Positions 41,111 through 53,001 of a stretch of DNA of 64,000 nt are shown here, one piece after another; positions within the stretch are counted from its first letter, which is position 1, and each line of letters starts with the position of its first letter. Made by a program: the position numbers and the translations under genes. Below the pieces are notes generated by a model. It did not search any database. It was not told the origin of the DNA and saw only the letters and a list, made by a program, of their open reading frames with translations. Origin of the DNA: Eledone cirrhosa (taxonomy: Eukaryota); assembly GCA_964016885.1 (NCBI GenBank), contig OZ024745.1, forward strand, positions 101,060,001 to 101,124,000, written 5' to 3'.

Positions 41111-41528
41111 CTGAACCAAAAATACAATGATTAACTTTAAAATGTCTCCTTCAACTGCTATTTATTCTTTCTGATCCTATGTTATACTTTTAATATGCAA
41201 ACATTAAAATTAGTTATCCCTGCTAAATGAATTGAAAAAGAAAGAATTGGTAAGTATCTGAAGGAATATGTATAACAGACACTTTACACCCCAATAACGA
41301 GTATATGTACATATATATTCACCAGGTCTGAACAAAAAGGAACCAAACTCCCACTGTCACTGCCTCTGTCTCTCTTGCTCTCTCCTTCTCTGACTATTGT
41401 GAGCAAATGGGAGCCCACGTACTGGCCACCCCGCTTCCCCCACAGACAAAGTAGAGAAGACATTTCCCTTAGAAAATCCATTCTATCATAGTTTACAACA
41501 CTGTTATAGAATTCAGTAGTATCATTAA

Positions 41529-41735
41529 CCCTTTAGCATTCAAATTACTCTATATGTATTATTGCATTTTTGTGGTAAAGGCTTTATCTCAGATAATATC
41601 GAATGTATAAGATTTTGATTTTATCTATTTTGCGAACAATACCTTAACATCAGTATAAGTGGCCATTGCAGCTAGTTTGAACAGAAAGATGTGAGAGAAT
41701 TCTGGCCGGATACAGCCGGTTTAAATGTTAAAGGG
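41529..41735. mobile_element. piggyBac-type MITE
   Basis: TTAA|ccctttagcatt...aatgttaaaggg; reverse orientation of 5210-5406. Confidence 0.7.
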
Positions 41736-41903
41736 TTACTTGAAACAGCACAAATTAGTGTACCGATTCCTCCTCTGGGACAGTACTGATATTACATATA
41801 CAAATATCATAGACCACAAAAAAGTGAATACTTCATGGTTTATTGACAATAGTCACTAACAAGCTACAATACCTGTTCACATGCTATAATAACCACTTAT
41901 ATT

Positions 41904-42073
41904 CAGGGACTCCAAGAGAAATTTTGCAAGGTGGTACAAGACCCCTTTGGGGCCCAAAGCGGGCAAATTTTTCAAAATGTTCTTCAAAATATGTTGCATG
42001 GTTGTTTCGGGACCTTCTTAGTTCTTGGGGCCCAGAACAATGTACCAGCTGGATCCTACTCTCATAGGCCCTG
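41904..42073. mobile_element. hAT-type MITE
   Basis: caggg...ccctg ends with 8-bp TSD cttatatt / tttatatt. Confidence 0.55.
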
Positions 42074-43760
42074 TTTATATTCTTCTGAACTAGAGTGCTG
42101 CATATTCCCTCCATCCAAACCCATTTATATTTCAAATTATTCAAAAGAAGACCAAAAGAAGAGAGAAAGTGGTGGAAGCTGACTTCAGGAGGTTGAATCT
42201 CATGAGAGATGACAAGATACTTCTTTAACAAGCAAGTTGTGAGATACTGAGTTGTGATGACTTTTCAACCCCATGCAAGCAGGAGAAAATGATGAGAATG
42301 TTTCACACACCAGTTATAAATGAGTTTCCCAATCAATCCTGTAATTCTCCTTCATATGTGAGTGTGATTAAGTAGTTCATTTCGCAACCATATGATCCCA
42401 GAAAAAATTGTGGAAGCCTGACTCATATATATATCATCATCATCACCGTTTTACGTCCGTTCTTCCACGCTAGCATGGGTTAGACGGGTTGTCCTGTTGT
42501 GGGCAGTGTCTGGTCGGCTGACCATGCCTTGCTCATACAGGAACTGATTTGGCTTGATTTCTACAGCTGGATGCCCTTCCTAACACCAACCTCATTTACA
42601 GTGAGTGCTGGGTGCTTTTTCGTGGTGCCTACACGTCCACTTTACATATGTATATATATAATCATCATCATCATTTAATGTCATAGATTAGACAAGTTGG
42701 GTCAGGTGACCGTGTCTTACTCATATAGAACTGTATCTGACAAGGTTTCTATGGCTGGATGTCCTTCCTAATGCCAACCACATTTACAGTAGGGAAAACA
42801 CAGTCAATACAAGTAGAGATAATTAATTCAAGCAAATCTAAGGATTCAACTGCTCTGGGTTTCTTATATGTTTCACATTCATTTAGGTGAGAAATACATG
42901 TATACATGTGAGGAGCCATGGATTAACATATCAATTCTGAATGAATAATGAATCTATATAATAATAACTACGCAGCCTTTTTGTCTGTCATATGAATGCT
43001 ACAATCTGTTAAAAGCATTTTAAAATTTCATGTAGAATTCATGGAACACAAACATAAGACAAAAACGGTGACATGTTTTAAATATTGTAAAAAACAAATT
43101 GCTCTCCTTCATACCAGAAATGAACACTCTCTGTCAACAGTGCCCAAACTTGCATTCTAAATATAGCAAGTAGAAAACATTACAATCAACTGAGACTATC
43201 CTCAGAATTTCATGACTGAAACTCCCTATAATATGTTCAAGTACAGGAAAGGCAGTGAGGGAGAGAACCTCTATACTATGAGCTAATCCAAATTTTGGAA
43301 ACACTTTTAGACAGTGCAGTGTTGGTGGATCTTGTTTTAATAGCAACTTGGTGAAAGCAAACGATATATTTTGATTGTATTCTGTCTCCTCAGAGAAGCA
43401 TATTCATTTAGTATGATTTCTGAACTAGAATGGTAAAGAAGAAAAGAAATATATACTGATTATGTGTTAACAAAAACTAGACATGAAAATACCTGAGTGG
43501 ACAGTTCACTATGAAGTAGATACATACAAGTAGAATCTCACCTGCCTGAGGGGACTGTTCAGTGTGATGTGGATATATACAAATAGAGTCTCACATTCTA
43601 AATATGATGAGTGGAAAACATTTTAATGGACTGAGACTATCCTATATATATTTATATATTTATATAAATTTTTATTTATGAATTTTTAAATTTCAAGAAA
43701 AATATTGCTTATATAATGTAAATGTTTAATGGCTGTTTAAAAATTTAAACAGCAACTTAC

Positions 43761-43925
43761 CTCCCCACATTCCATAAACCTTTATACAATATTTGGCATT
43801 GTAGACATTACAAGGTACTGGCTTTATTGGGTTTGATTCAGTCATTTCAAATTTTTCATTGCAGTTAGCATCTTCTGTTGAACTACACACATAACAATGC
43901 AATGCTTGAACTGTGTTAATATAAA
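43761..43925 (-). CDS. Internal coding exon of the boudin-like Ly6/uPAR protein
   Basis: Acceptor ttttcttttgcag| and donor G|gtaag, both phase 1. Encodes YINTVQALHCYVCSSTEDANCNEKFEMTESNPIKPVPCNVYNAKYCIKVYGMWG and splices in frame to 6866 to give a 10-Cys LU domain. Confidence 0.92.
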
Positions 43926-45710
43926 CTGCAAAAGAAAAAGAAAATGGATAAGTTAAAGAGAATGTTATAAATATTCGCAAACAAAAAAAAAACTGCTATT
44001 ACTATTCCAAATAAGCCAAACACTACCATATTTGTCTTTTAAAACACAAGTATATTAAGTATTAGTGTTATTTATTTATCTAGTGACAGGCTGCAATTAA
44101 TCATTTTACACCAAAATCAATTTAATATAACTACAATAAGAAAAAAAAAAGCAAACTTTTAAGAAATAAAAAATACAATGACCATCTGATGAAGATGAAT
44201 GAGATATTGAGTAAAATAAATGTCTTGAGAATCGTTTTAGCAGACATTCAGTTAAAAGTCAGCTAATTCTACAACTCAGAAGCAAAACATACTGAACTAT
44301 GACTTATCCATTAATTTATATAGTAAAGATTCATTTATTTTTGTCAATTTCTTTTGTGTCCTGGAATTAAGGTTAGTTTATAATAGTTACTTAATAAATA
44401 TTTTCAATTACCAAGTTTAATTTTTTTTTAAATCAATATTTGTTACGCGTATTTATTCTTAATCAGTTAATCTAGAATTTAATTTCCTCTAATATATAAT
44501 GGGCCATCCAGTTCCACTGTAAATGTGGTTGGTGTTGGGAATGCCATCCAACTGTAAAATACCCAGTCCAATTTTCAGTCCTTGCAGGAGCAAGGTGTGG
44601 CATAGCGAACTCTGGCCAGACTTACCTCCCAGTCTGGATGACCTGTCTAACCCAAGTAAGCATGGGAAAATGGATGGGTGATGATGATGATGATATAAAA
44701 AACAAACAAAAAGACTGTTTGTATAGTCATTGAAACTACAGTTTTTATAATTCCAAGTGAGAATATATCAGTTTAATGTGAGATGAATACAACACTGCCT
44801 GGTTAATCATGTTTTTATCAGCCTAGTAAGGAGGCAAAAAGCTCATTGTGTGGCTGTAATATGTACTTTCCAATATTTACAGGTGTGAATATGGCAATGG
44901 CACTGATCCACAATCTTCTCCCTCTTCCCCTCTCATTCTTCTGTGACACTAGAGCCCTTGCCCTTCCCTTCATTTTCTGTTTTTAAATATCTGTAGTGTT
45001 GCTGTTATTTGAAATAGATTTGTTTATGATTTTCTTGATTTTAATCCTTTAGCATTTTATATTTTCATGGTAAAGGCTTTACCCTCACATAATTATCTCG
45101 CATAATATCGAATCTATGAGATTTTGATATTATTTATTTTTGAGAACCATATCAGTATGAGTGGCCAGTTACAGCTGGTTTGAACAGGTAAGAGAATTCT
45201 AGCCAGATATGGCCGGTTTAAATTTGTAAATGTCTTAGAAGAAAAATTGATTGTGACATCTGAATTTCAAGATATATTTATTGTCTGATTAAATAAAAAC
45301 ACATTTTTTGACAGTTGATTGTTAACACTTTTATAATATATGAACTGACTGCAAGCAATATTCGACACCTGTGTCTATTTTGTTCAAATGATCACTTGAG
45401 GTTGTTTTATTACTAAAACCCCCTTTGAAAGAAATAATGAGGTGTTACCCTGTGAATTTAAAATACATTTGTATGCCAATTGTAGGAACTGCATACTCTG
45501 TCAGATTGTATCAAAGAAATAATAGCACAGAAAACAAGCTTTTATGATTGTGATTAAAAAGGGGCAATTCTTTTTTTTTTTTTTTTACATAATATCCATA
45601 TTCTCCAACTGATAAAAATGTCCCTTCTATATTTTCTTTATAATATTATGTATTCTTGGTTAAATGAATCAAGTAAATTTTGGTTTAGTTTATGTGACAT
45701 CAACTCACTA

Positions 45711-45918
45711 TGAAATTGCTATTCTCATTTAGAAGTGATATGTACTCATTTTGAATTTGTTATTCTCACTTCTATCTAATATGTGCTCATTTTGAAATCC
45801 TTATTCTCACTTTTATCTTATATGAACTCATTCTCACTTTGATGTAATGTGTACTCATTTTGAAATCGTTATTCTCACTTCTATCTGAATTGTGCCCACT
45901 TTAAAATTGATATTCTGA
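45711..45918. repeat. Minisatellite, ~41-bp unit, about five degenerate copies
   Basis: Unit tgtactcattttgaaatcgttattctcacttctatctaata. Confidence 0.75.
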
Positions 45919-46144
45919 ATCTGAACAGATATATCCTTACTTAAAATTATAAATATTGTAGTTTGTTTTTAATATTTTCAATTTAGTGTATTTATATTAT
46001 TTTCATTTAAACTGTTTTTATCCATGACTAACTTTTAAAACACTTTAACTGTCTTTATTACATGATATACTATGTGAATTTTTTTAATTTGGCATAAAGG
46101 TTTTGTAAAATAGAGAGAACCAGTAACTTACTTAGATATCTGTT

Positions 46145-46210
<66 letters not shown>

Positions 46211-46216
46211 TATATT

Positions 46217-46402
46217 AGGATGGATTCAGTTAGAAACTGGTTAGACCATTATACACAAGAGTACTGGATACTTGGGGCAGTAGATTATGGTTATAGGAAA
46301 GAGTCAGGACCCCAACAGCTGAGCTCTTGCCGTTTCAACAGCTAGTTCTGGAACTAGCTGTTGAAACAGCATGAGCTCAGCCATTGGGGTCCCGACTCTT
46401 TC
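46217..46402 (-). mobile_element. Fold-back element family P1, copy 4
   Basis: Palindrome 46297-46402 (gagctcttgccgtttcaacagctagttc tg gaactagctgttgaaacagcatgagctc); tail on the left; (TA)n on both sides. Confidence 0.7.
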
Positions 46403-46684
46403 ATATATATATATAACAGATAATTCAAATACTACCTGACAATCACTAATCTCACAGCCTTGACATTACTTGGTATTAATGGACACATTCCATTTTGTGC
46501 TTATTACTAGAATGCTCTTTGCATCTGCTAAATCCAAATGAGGGCATGAAACCTGAAGAAAAAGCCCCATAAAGAGGAATGACTGATGCAGTAGATGTTA
46601 CTAGCTGTTCTTCATGACAATGGTTTTCCTATATTGTCTGTTGGTGTAAAGTCAACTCTTGCTTTTGTTCTTTTTTTATCTTAA

Positions 46685-46885
46685 CTCTTTAGCATTTAAG
46701 ACAGCTGTATCTGGCCAGAATTCTCTCACTCAAACTGGTTGCTCATACTGATGTTAAGGTATTGTTCTCAAAATAAATAACATCAAAATCTCGTAGATTT
46801 GATATTATGTGAGATAATTATGTAAGATGAAGCCTTTACTACAAAAATACAATCGTATATATAGAGTAATGTAAATGCTAAAGGG
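46685..46885. mobile_element. piggyBac-type MITE
   Basis: TTAA|ctctttagcatt...aatgctaaaggg; homologous to 5210-5406. Confidence 0.7.
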
Positions 46886-47040
46886 CTAATTGTGTTTTAT
46901 GAATTCTAAATGAATATGATTAACAAAAGAGATTGTCTAGCTTGTCATAACTATCAAATGTTTTTGATTTGCTTCATTGATATTTTGACAGCAATCATAC
47001 CATATGCAACTGTTCAAAATTGAAAAACATATTTTAACTA

Positions 47041-47385
47041 TCATCATCATCTAGTTTTTGATTATGCAGGACACAATTAATCCCTAAGTAGGGGTGGATC
47101 CTGCCTGACAGCACTCCTTAGCGTTCTGTACCATGTGTTTCGGTCTGCTGGTCTCACTTGGGCCAAGCCAAGCCTAACTTGATCCTGACGGACATTCTCC
47201 ATCCAAGTCTTTTTTGGTCTTCCTGAGCCACTGCTGCCCCCTGAATCAACATTCATCACTTTTCTGATCCAGCCCTCACTGTGCTCGACATGGCTGTACC
47301 AGCGCATGCATCTCATGTGAAGCACATCTTCGAGGTCGTCGATCAGCAGTCTTTGCAGGAGTTCAGTTGAGCTGACATTCTCATG
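47041..47385 (-). mobile_element. RTE-type LINE 3' fragment
   Basis: MRWYSHVEHS...GSGRPKKTWMENVRQD...DRNTWYR with a (GAT)n tail. Confidence 0.8.
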
Positions 47386-50300
47386 TCAAATGATAAATAA
47401 AAAAGAATGTAGGAGGAAAAAACTTGATATATTTCTTTATTGTTTATATGATTAAACAGCTATGCCATATTAGGTGTGGAAGTAAACAACAGCAGATCCT
47501 ATTCAGGGTATGTGTACCTGCTTTCATGTAACAATGTTCTTTCATAATCTAGGAAAATCAGATATAGTCATTTTTGCAATTAATTGAATGCTGAAATCAA
47601 TGTGTTATTTAGTAGTTTGGGTCAGAACTACATGCCTTCAGATTCTGTTTTGGCAAGTATAAGAAAGTTCATCAAATGCATTACATGTCTATACTAACGT
47701 AGCCTTCTCTCTTAGACACTACATCCAATTCTGAGTATGTGCATCTCTCTCTCTCTCTGTCGAGAGAGAGATGTAAAATCCAATCCGCACCACCAAGCAC
47801 CATGGCCGGCATTTTACATATCTCAATACCCACTCTGTATCTCCTCATACATTGAGTACTTGCATGATTAGGAGTCTCATCAGTCTCAGCACCGTATGCT
47901 CTCTTTCTCTCTCTGTCATATATATATATATATATATATATATCATGATCGCTGTTTAACGTCCACCTTCCATATACATCCATATATATATGGATGTGTC
48001 TATCTGTATGTACATGCCACAAACATCTTAACAATGTTTATGTAAAGTTAACAGTGAGATTGTATATGCACCCATAAACAATATGTCCTGCAACAGTTTG
48101 ACCAACATTAGCAATGTATGCCATACATAAGATTTTAGTTGGTATGAGGAAATGTAACCTGCCATAGAAAACCTGCTTCAAAACGTTTTGCTGATAGAAA
48201 AGTGGACATAAAAATGATGATCAATATAATCTACTATTGGCTATCCATTTTTAAATGTAGCTAACATGAATGAATTAAATTCAACATTTAAAATTCAAAC
48301 ATTTAAAATTATTAATTTTTTCCAACTGTTTTCAAAAAAGATTCTTGACAATTTTAAACTAGAACAGCTTGTTATTTATTGAAAATGTATATTTATTTAT
48401 GAGTTTCATAGGTCAATTTACTGACCATTTATATGAATGCTATGTATATCTCAGAATGAAAATTTACTGAACTGTGGAAAGAAACCAACACAGATACTCA
48501 ATCATGAAAGTATCTCAGACTGAAAGAATACCAAAAAAAAACATATAAATACATATGTATGATGTTTCATGGATAAAGGCACCTATCAAGCTGCCAAGAG
48601 TAGTAAAGATGATTTGAAGAGAAAAATGTTGCTCTGATGGATTGGCTGTCAAATTTGAGATTTTGAATTCTACAGAAAGAAAATATATGAGATGAAATGA
48701 AAAGAATTGTGGAAAAGAGTGAATCAGCAACAAAGAATGAGTATACTGAAATTCTGTTGACAGAATGGAATTATTTAAAAAGTAGATGACCTACACGATT
48801 ACTAAAATGTTTTTCTTTAAGAGAAATACTGAAACTGCAAAGTACAATTATTAGCTGATTAATTAGTTGTCTATTTTTTATAGGTTGTATAAACCAAAGT
48901 TTCTTTTAGAACTTTCAGTCATTGAACTCTGGCCATGCTGGTGCACCACCTAAAAGGGATTTAGTTTATCATATTCACACCAGCACTTACTTTTTTAAAG
49001 TTTGGGCACAGACTTTAACAATTTCTATTTTCCAGACTGCTAAGTTTTGGGATGTAAGCAAATAGTAACTATAAACACAATCATGGACACACACATGTGA
49101 GTATATATGTATATGCATGGTTGGGTCATCAGCAACTAAACAGGCAACCCCACCAAGCTTTCTTGGTGAGGACGGCGATTTTGGACACCCTGTGAGATGA
49201 AAAAGAAAGCCTGTCAAAGAGCGGAGAACTCAGCCATCCAATAAATCTTTTTTTATTTTTTTTTTTATTTAACAAAATGGTTTTCTAAACTGTAACCATC
49301 ATGATTGCTCTACAATGAAGTTCTTAAGAAAAGACTGAATTTCATTTTTTTTTATGAATGCCATGTGAAATTATTCTCATGCCATATATCCTTTTCCTTA
49401 TCAGGAAACTGTACAGTACATTTTCTGCAGTCTTGCCTAATATTTTCAACGATCTTAAGCTTTGGCTCTCCTCTGCTGATCCAAAGCTCCTACTTCCATT
49501 CCCATTATTCTAGCCTAGTGTTTTACCTCTATGAGATCACTCTAGTCATCTTCAATGTGTGCTGGGTACTCACCAAATTTTATATATAAATAATATGGAC
49601 AGTTCAATCATAGTCACATATTTCATGGAATGTGAATAGAAGACAATGTACTAAATGTTGTTCTTTGTTTCTTTAGCACAATGATATTTGTGGAAAGTCC
49701 AGGTAAATCTAATGTTCAGTCACAAGCATTTTCAAAAAAAGATGGCTCAGAGTATGTTCAAGAGGAACTCAATTTGCCTTGTTTTTAGGAAATGTTTCAG
49801 AACACAGTTCATCCACAATATTGGCCAATTCCTTCAATATCTTGACCTTAGGAAAAGCTATTTTATTAGATGACAGCTCCACTTAAAAATCTGTCCACCC
49901 AAGCAAAAGGACATCTCATATCTTCAGTCCATGTGTACACCAGTTAGAAAGAATTTGATTCTTAATGGAGCTACATGTCATTCCATATCAGACAGTAGTA
50001 AAGCATACCATGATGCCAATTGTCATTGCTGAACCTGCTACATTGCCCTTGAAGACATGCTCGTCATTTGTACATGTTCTGATTTCAATTATATCCATAT
50101 TTCTGAGTTCATTGGAAATTGGCTTTATACCACCATATCATGTCATCTCTATGAGTAATTATGTTATTCTGACTATAATCAATGACTAATTGGAGCTTTA
50201 AGACTTTTTATATTGCTAACTTACCACTCTTTCTGTCTTTACCTAGAGTACAAGTGTACAGATTACATTGAAATCTCAGCAGCATCTCAAATCTTTTTTC

Positions 50301-50744
50301 TTGCAACTTGTTTCCAAAACAAATCTAAAAGATTATCTGACTTACAGTAGAATATGACAACAGTGGGTCGAAGAATATTTTGCTTATGTCTCAAGTAATG
50401 CCAAGGGCTCCTTAAAAAGAAAGTTTAGCTTTGATTCAGTAGTGTTAGGTAACTGAGAGATGTCCTGCTTGAGAAAGTGCGAATATTAAAATATATATTC
50501 TTTTATTTTCAGTGATTGGAATTAAAACCATGCTAAGACATTACCTTCAAGAGATTTACTCAATCATATGGAGAATCGATATTTATTTCAGTCCAATACT
50601 ATTTTACTGATCTCTATTATCATACAGCTAAGGTAAGTTTAGACATAAAAAGATACAACCTGATGCAATCTATGATATGCTCCTGCACAGCTAATGTTTC
50701 TAAATTCCATCTATAAAGCAGTGCTTTGAGAAAAGCAAATATTA

Positions 50745-51085
50745 ATACATACAAAGCATCTGTGAGAGAAATTAGGCATAAGAGAGATCAGATGCAGGGT
50801 GCAAGAGAGGAGATTGCATTGGTAAGGACATGTGATGCATGTGAAGGATGATCCAGCACACTCACGCTCAAAGTTGGTTGTCTAGGTGACACAACAAAAA
50901 GCCCCCAGCACACACTGTAAATGAGGTTGGCATTAGGAAAGGCATCCAGCCATGGAAACCAATTCAAAAGTAGTTGTGTATGAGCAAGGCATGGTCACCT
51001 GACCTGGCATTTCTCACAATAGGACAACTCGTCTAACCTATGCTAGCATGAAAAAAAATGGATATTAAGTGATGATGATGATGAC
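50745..51085 (+). mobile_element. Internally deleted RTE 3' fragment
   Basis: gagaggagattgcattggtaaggacatgtgatg (ERRLHW.GHVM) joined to the aggaaaggcatccagc module and a (GAT)n tail. Confidence 0.65.
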
Positions 51086-51368
51086 ATACAGTGACTGGTG
51101 ACAGAAAGGACATCCAACTGTAGAAAACCTGTTAAACAAAGGGTCAAGAGGACTCTTCATCTATGCCAAAGACATGACAACTTTCCTAGAGTTGGTACCA
51201 TGATAAAAAGCACTCAGTAGACACCTGGCTCACCTGGAGGTCAGAGACTTTGCTTGCAGGGAAACGAACATAAAACAATGATGATATCATTTTACATCCA
51301 TTTTCAATGTCAGCATATATACACATATCTTCAAAACTAAACCTTATGTATGTATGTATGTATGTATG

Positions 51369-51402
<34 letters not shown>

Positions 51403-51404
<2 letters not shown>

Positions 51405-51688
51405 AAGATAATAATAAATGGAAACTATATTTATAAAACCATATTTATTTTATTATATATATTTCAAGGACGACCAAGCAAATCTTGGTGCGCTTTCATC
51501 TGATGAAAGCGCACCAAGATTTGCTTGGTCGCCCTTGAAGTATATATAATAAAATAAATATGGTTTTATAAATATAGTTTCCATTTATTATTATCTTGGA
51601 ATATTTACTCCAGTAACTTGTTGAGTGCTCTATATCAGTTATAAACATTTATGTTTGTCGGAATTCCATACAAATTAAATACAACTCC

Positions 51689-51691
<3 letters not shown>
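51403..51691 (+). mobile_element. Fold-back hammerhead element family P2, copy 2
   Basis: 98-bp arms at 51403-51500 and 51502-51599, centred inside CTGATGA; arms and tail homologous to 27492-27927; flanked by (TA)n. Confidence 0.85.
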
Positions 51692-51726
<35 letters not shown>

Positions 51727-52235
51727 TATATTTTTATATACGAGAGAAACTTTTAAAAGTAAAATAATTATGGTTAAACTGAATATTCAAAACATGGGTT
51801 GCCAAAGTGAAAGTCTTACATAAGGAACACAAAACATAAATTGGTTTGGGAGTTAATGAGTGTTTTTGTTGTTTGACCTATTTTACATTTAACCTTTTCC
51901 AGGGCATTACCAATGAAAAGAGAGTGAAGAGTATAAAAATGTCCATGGGTCACACAATTCTCATAAAAGTTTCCTGGAAATGAGAGCACAACAATTTTCA
52001 AATGCTTTTCCATTACTAAGCCTTGACATCAGTATAATTATAACTCTCTCTCTCTCTCTCTTTGTCACTTATCTCACCCCCCCCCCCTCTCTCTAAGTCT
52101 ATTCCACTTTATTTTATTACATATATGGAAAACATCCAACTTTATGTCATCAATAAATCTAATTAGAAACAAATAGAACACTTTTATAACATTACCAGTT
52201 GGTGAGATATGCAAGCAGTGAGAAACTGCAATAGG

Positions 52236-52666
52236 ACTGGAGTATATATAATATAAGATCAAAAGATGGTTAAAAGAGTTCCATGTATTTTATTATGCGT
52301 GTTTCAAAAACAAATATCATCATGGGATGATATTTGCGTTCTCATCAGATAAAATAGGGAGACATGATATGAAGCTTAAAAAACACTTGCAAGCAGCGAA
52401 GTGTTAAATCAACGTTGATTTAACACTTCGCTGCTTGCAAGTGTTTTTTAAGCTTCATATCATGTCTCCCTATTTTATCTGATGAGAACGCAAATATCAT
52501 CCCATGATGATATTTGTTTTTGAAACACGCATAATAAAATACATGGAACTCTTTTAACCATCTTTTGATCTTATATTATTTATACTCCAGTGACATAAAC
52601 TGTGGAGTGCTACTTATCCGATATTTGCATTGCTTTATTGTGCTACAATAAAACTCACCTCCTACA
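52236..52666 (+). mobile_element. Fold-back hammerhead element family P3
   Basis: Spacer-less palindrome 52236-52591 (178-bp arms, one mismatch seen, centre aac|gtt) plus a tail ending ctcctaca before (TA)n. Confidence 0.88.
52471..52541 (+). ncRNA. Type-I hammerhead ribozyme motif (mirror copy on the minus strand at 52286-52356)
   Basis: TATTTTAT-CTGATGA-gaacgCAAATATCATC(ccat)GATGATATTTGttttt-GAAA-cacgca-TA-ATAAAATA. Confidence 0.72.
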
Positions 52667-52683
52667 TTATATATATATATATA

Positions 52684-52946
52684 TCATCATCATCATCATT
52701 TCATTTTACGTCCGCGTTTTCCCTGCTTGCAAGGGTAAGACGGGAACTGATGCTGGCTTGATTTCTACAGCTGGATGCCCTTCCTAACACCAACCTCATT
52801 TACAGTGAGTGCTGGGTGCTTTTTTGCCGTGGCACCTGCACGACCACTTTACAGTGGAATGATATGAACCCCAGTCCCTATCATCTCATTTCTACAGCTG
52901 AGTAAACTGGAGCAATGTGAAATAAAGTGTCTTGCTCAAGGAAACA

Positions 52947-52950
<4 letters not shown>
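52684..52950 (-). mobile_element. SINE family B, 5' truncated
   Basis: Reverse complement of about 60855-61084. Confidence 0.85.
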
Positions 52951-53001
<51 letters not shown>

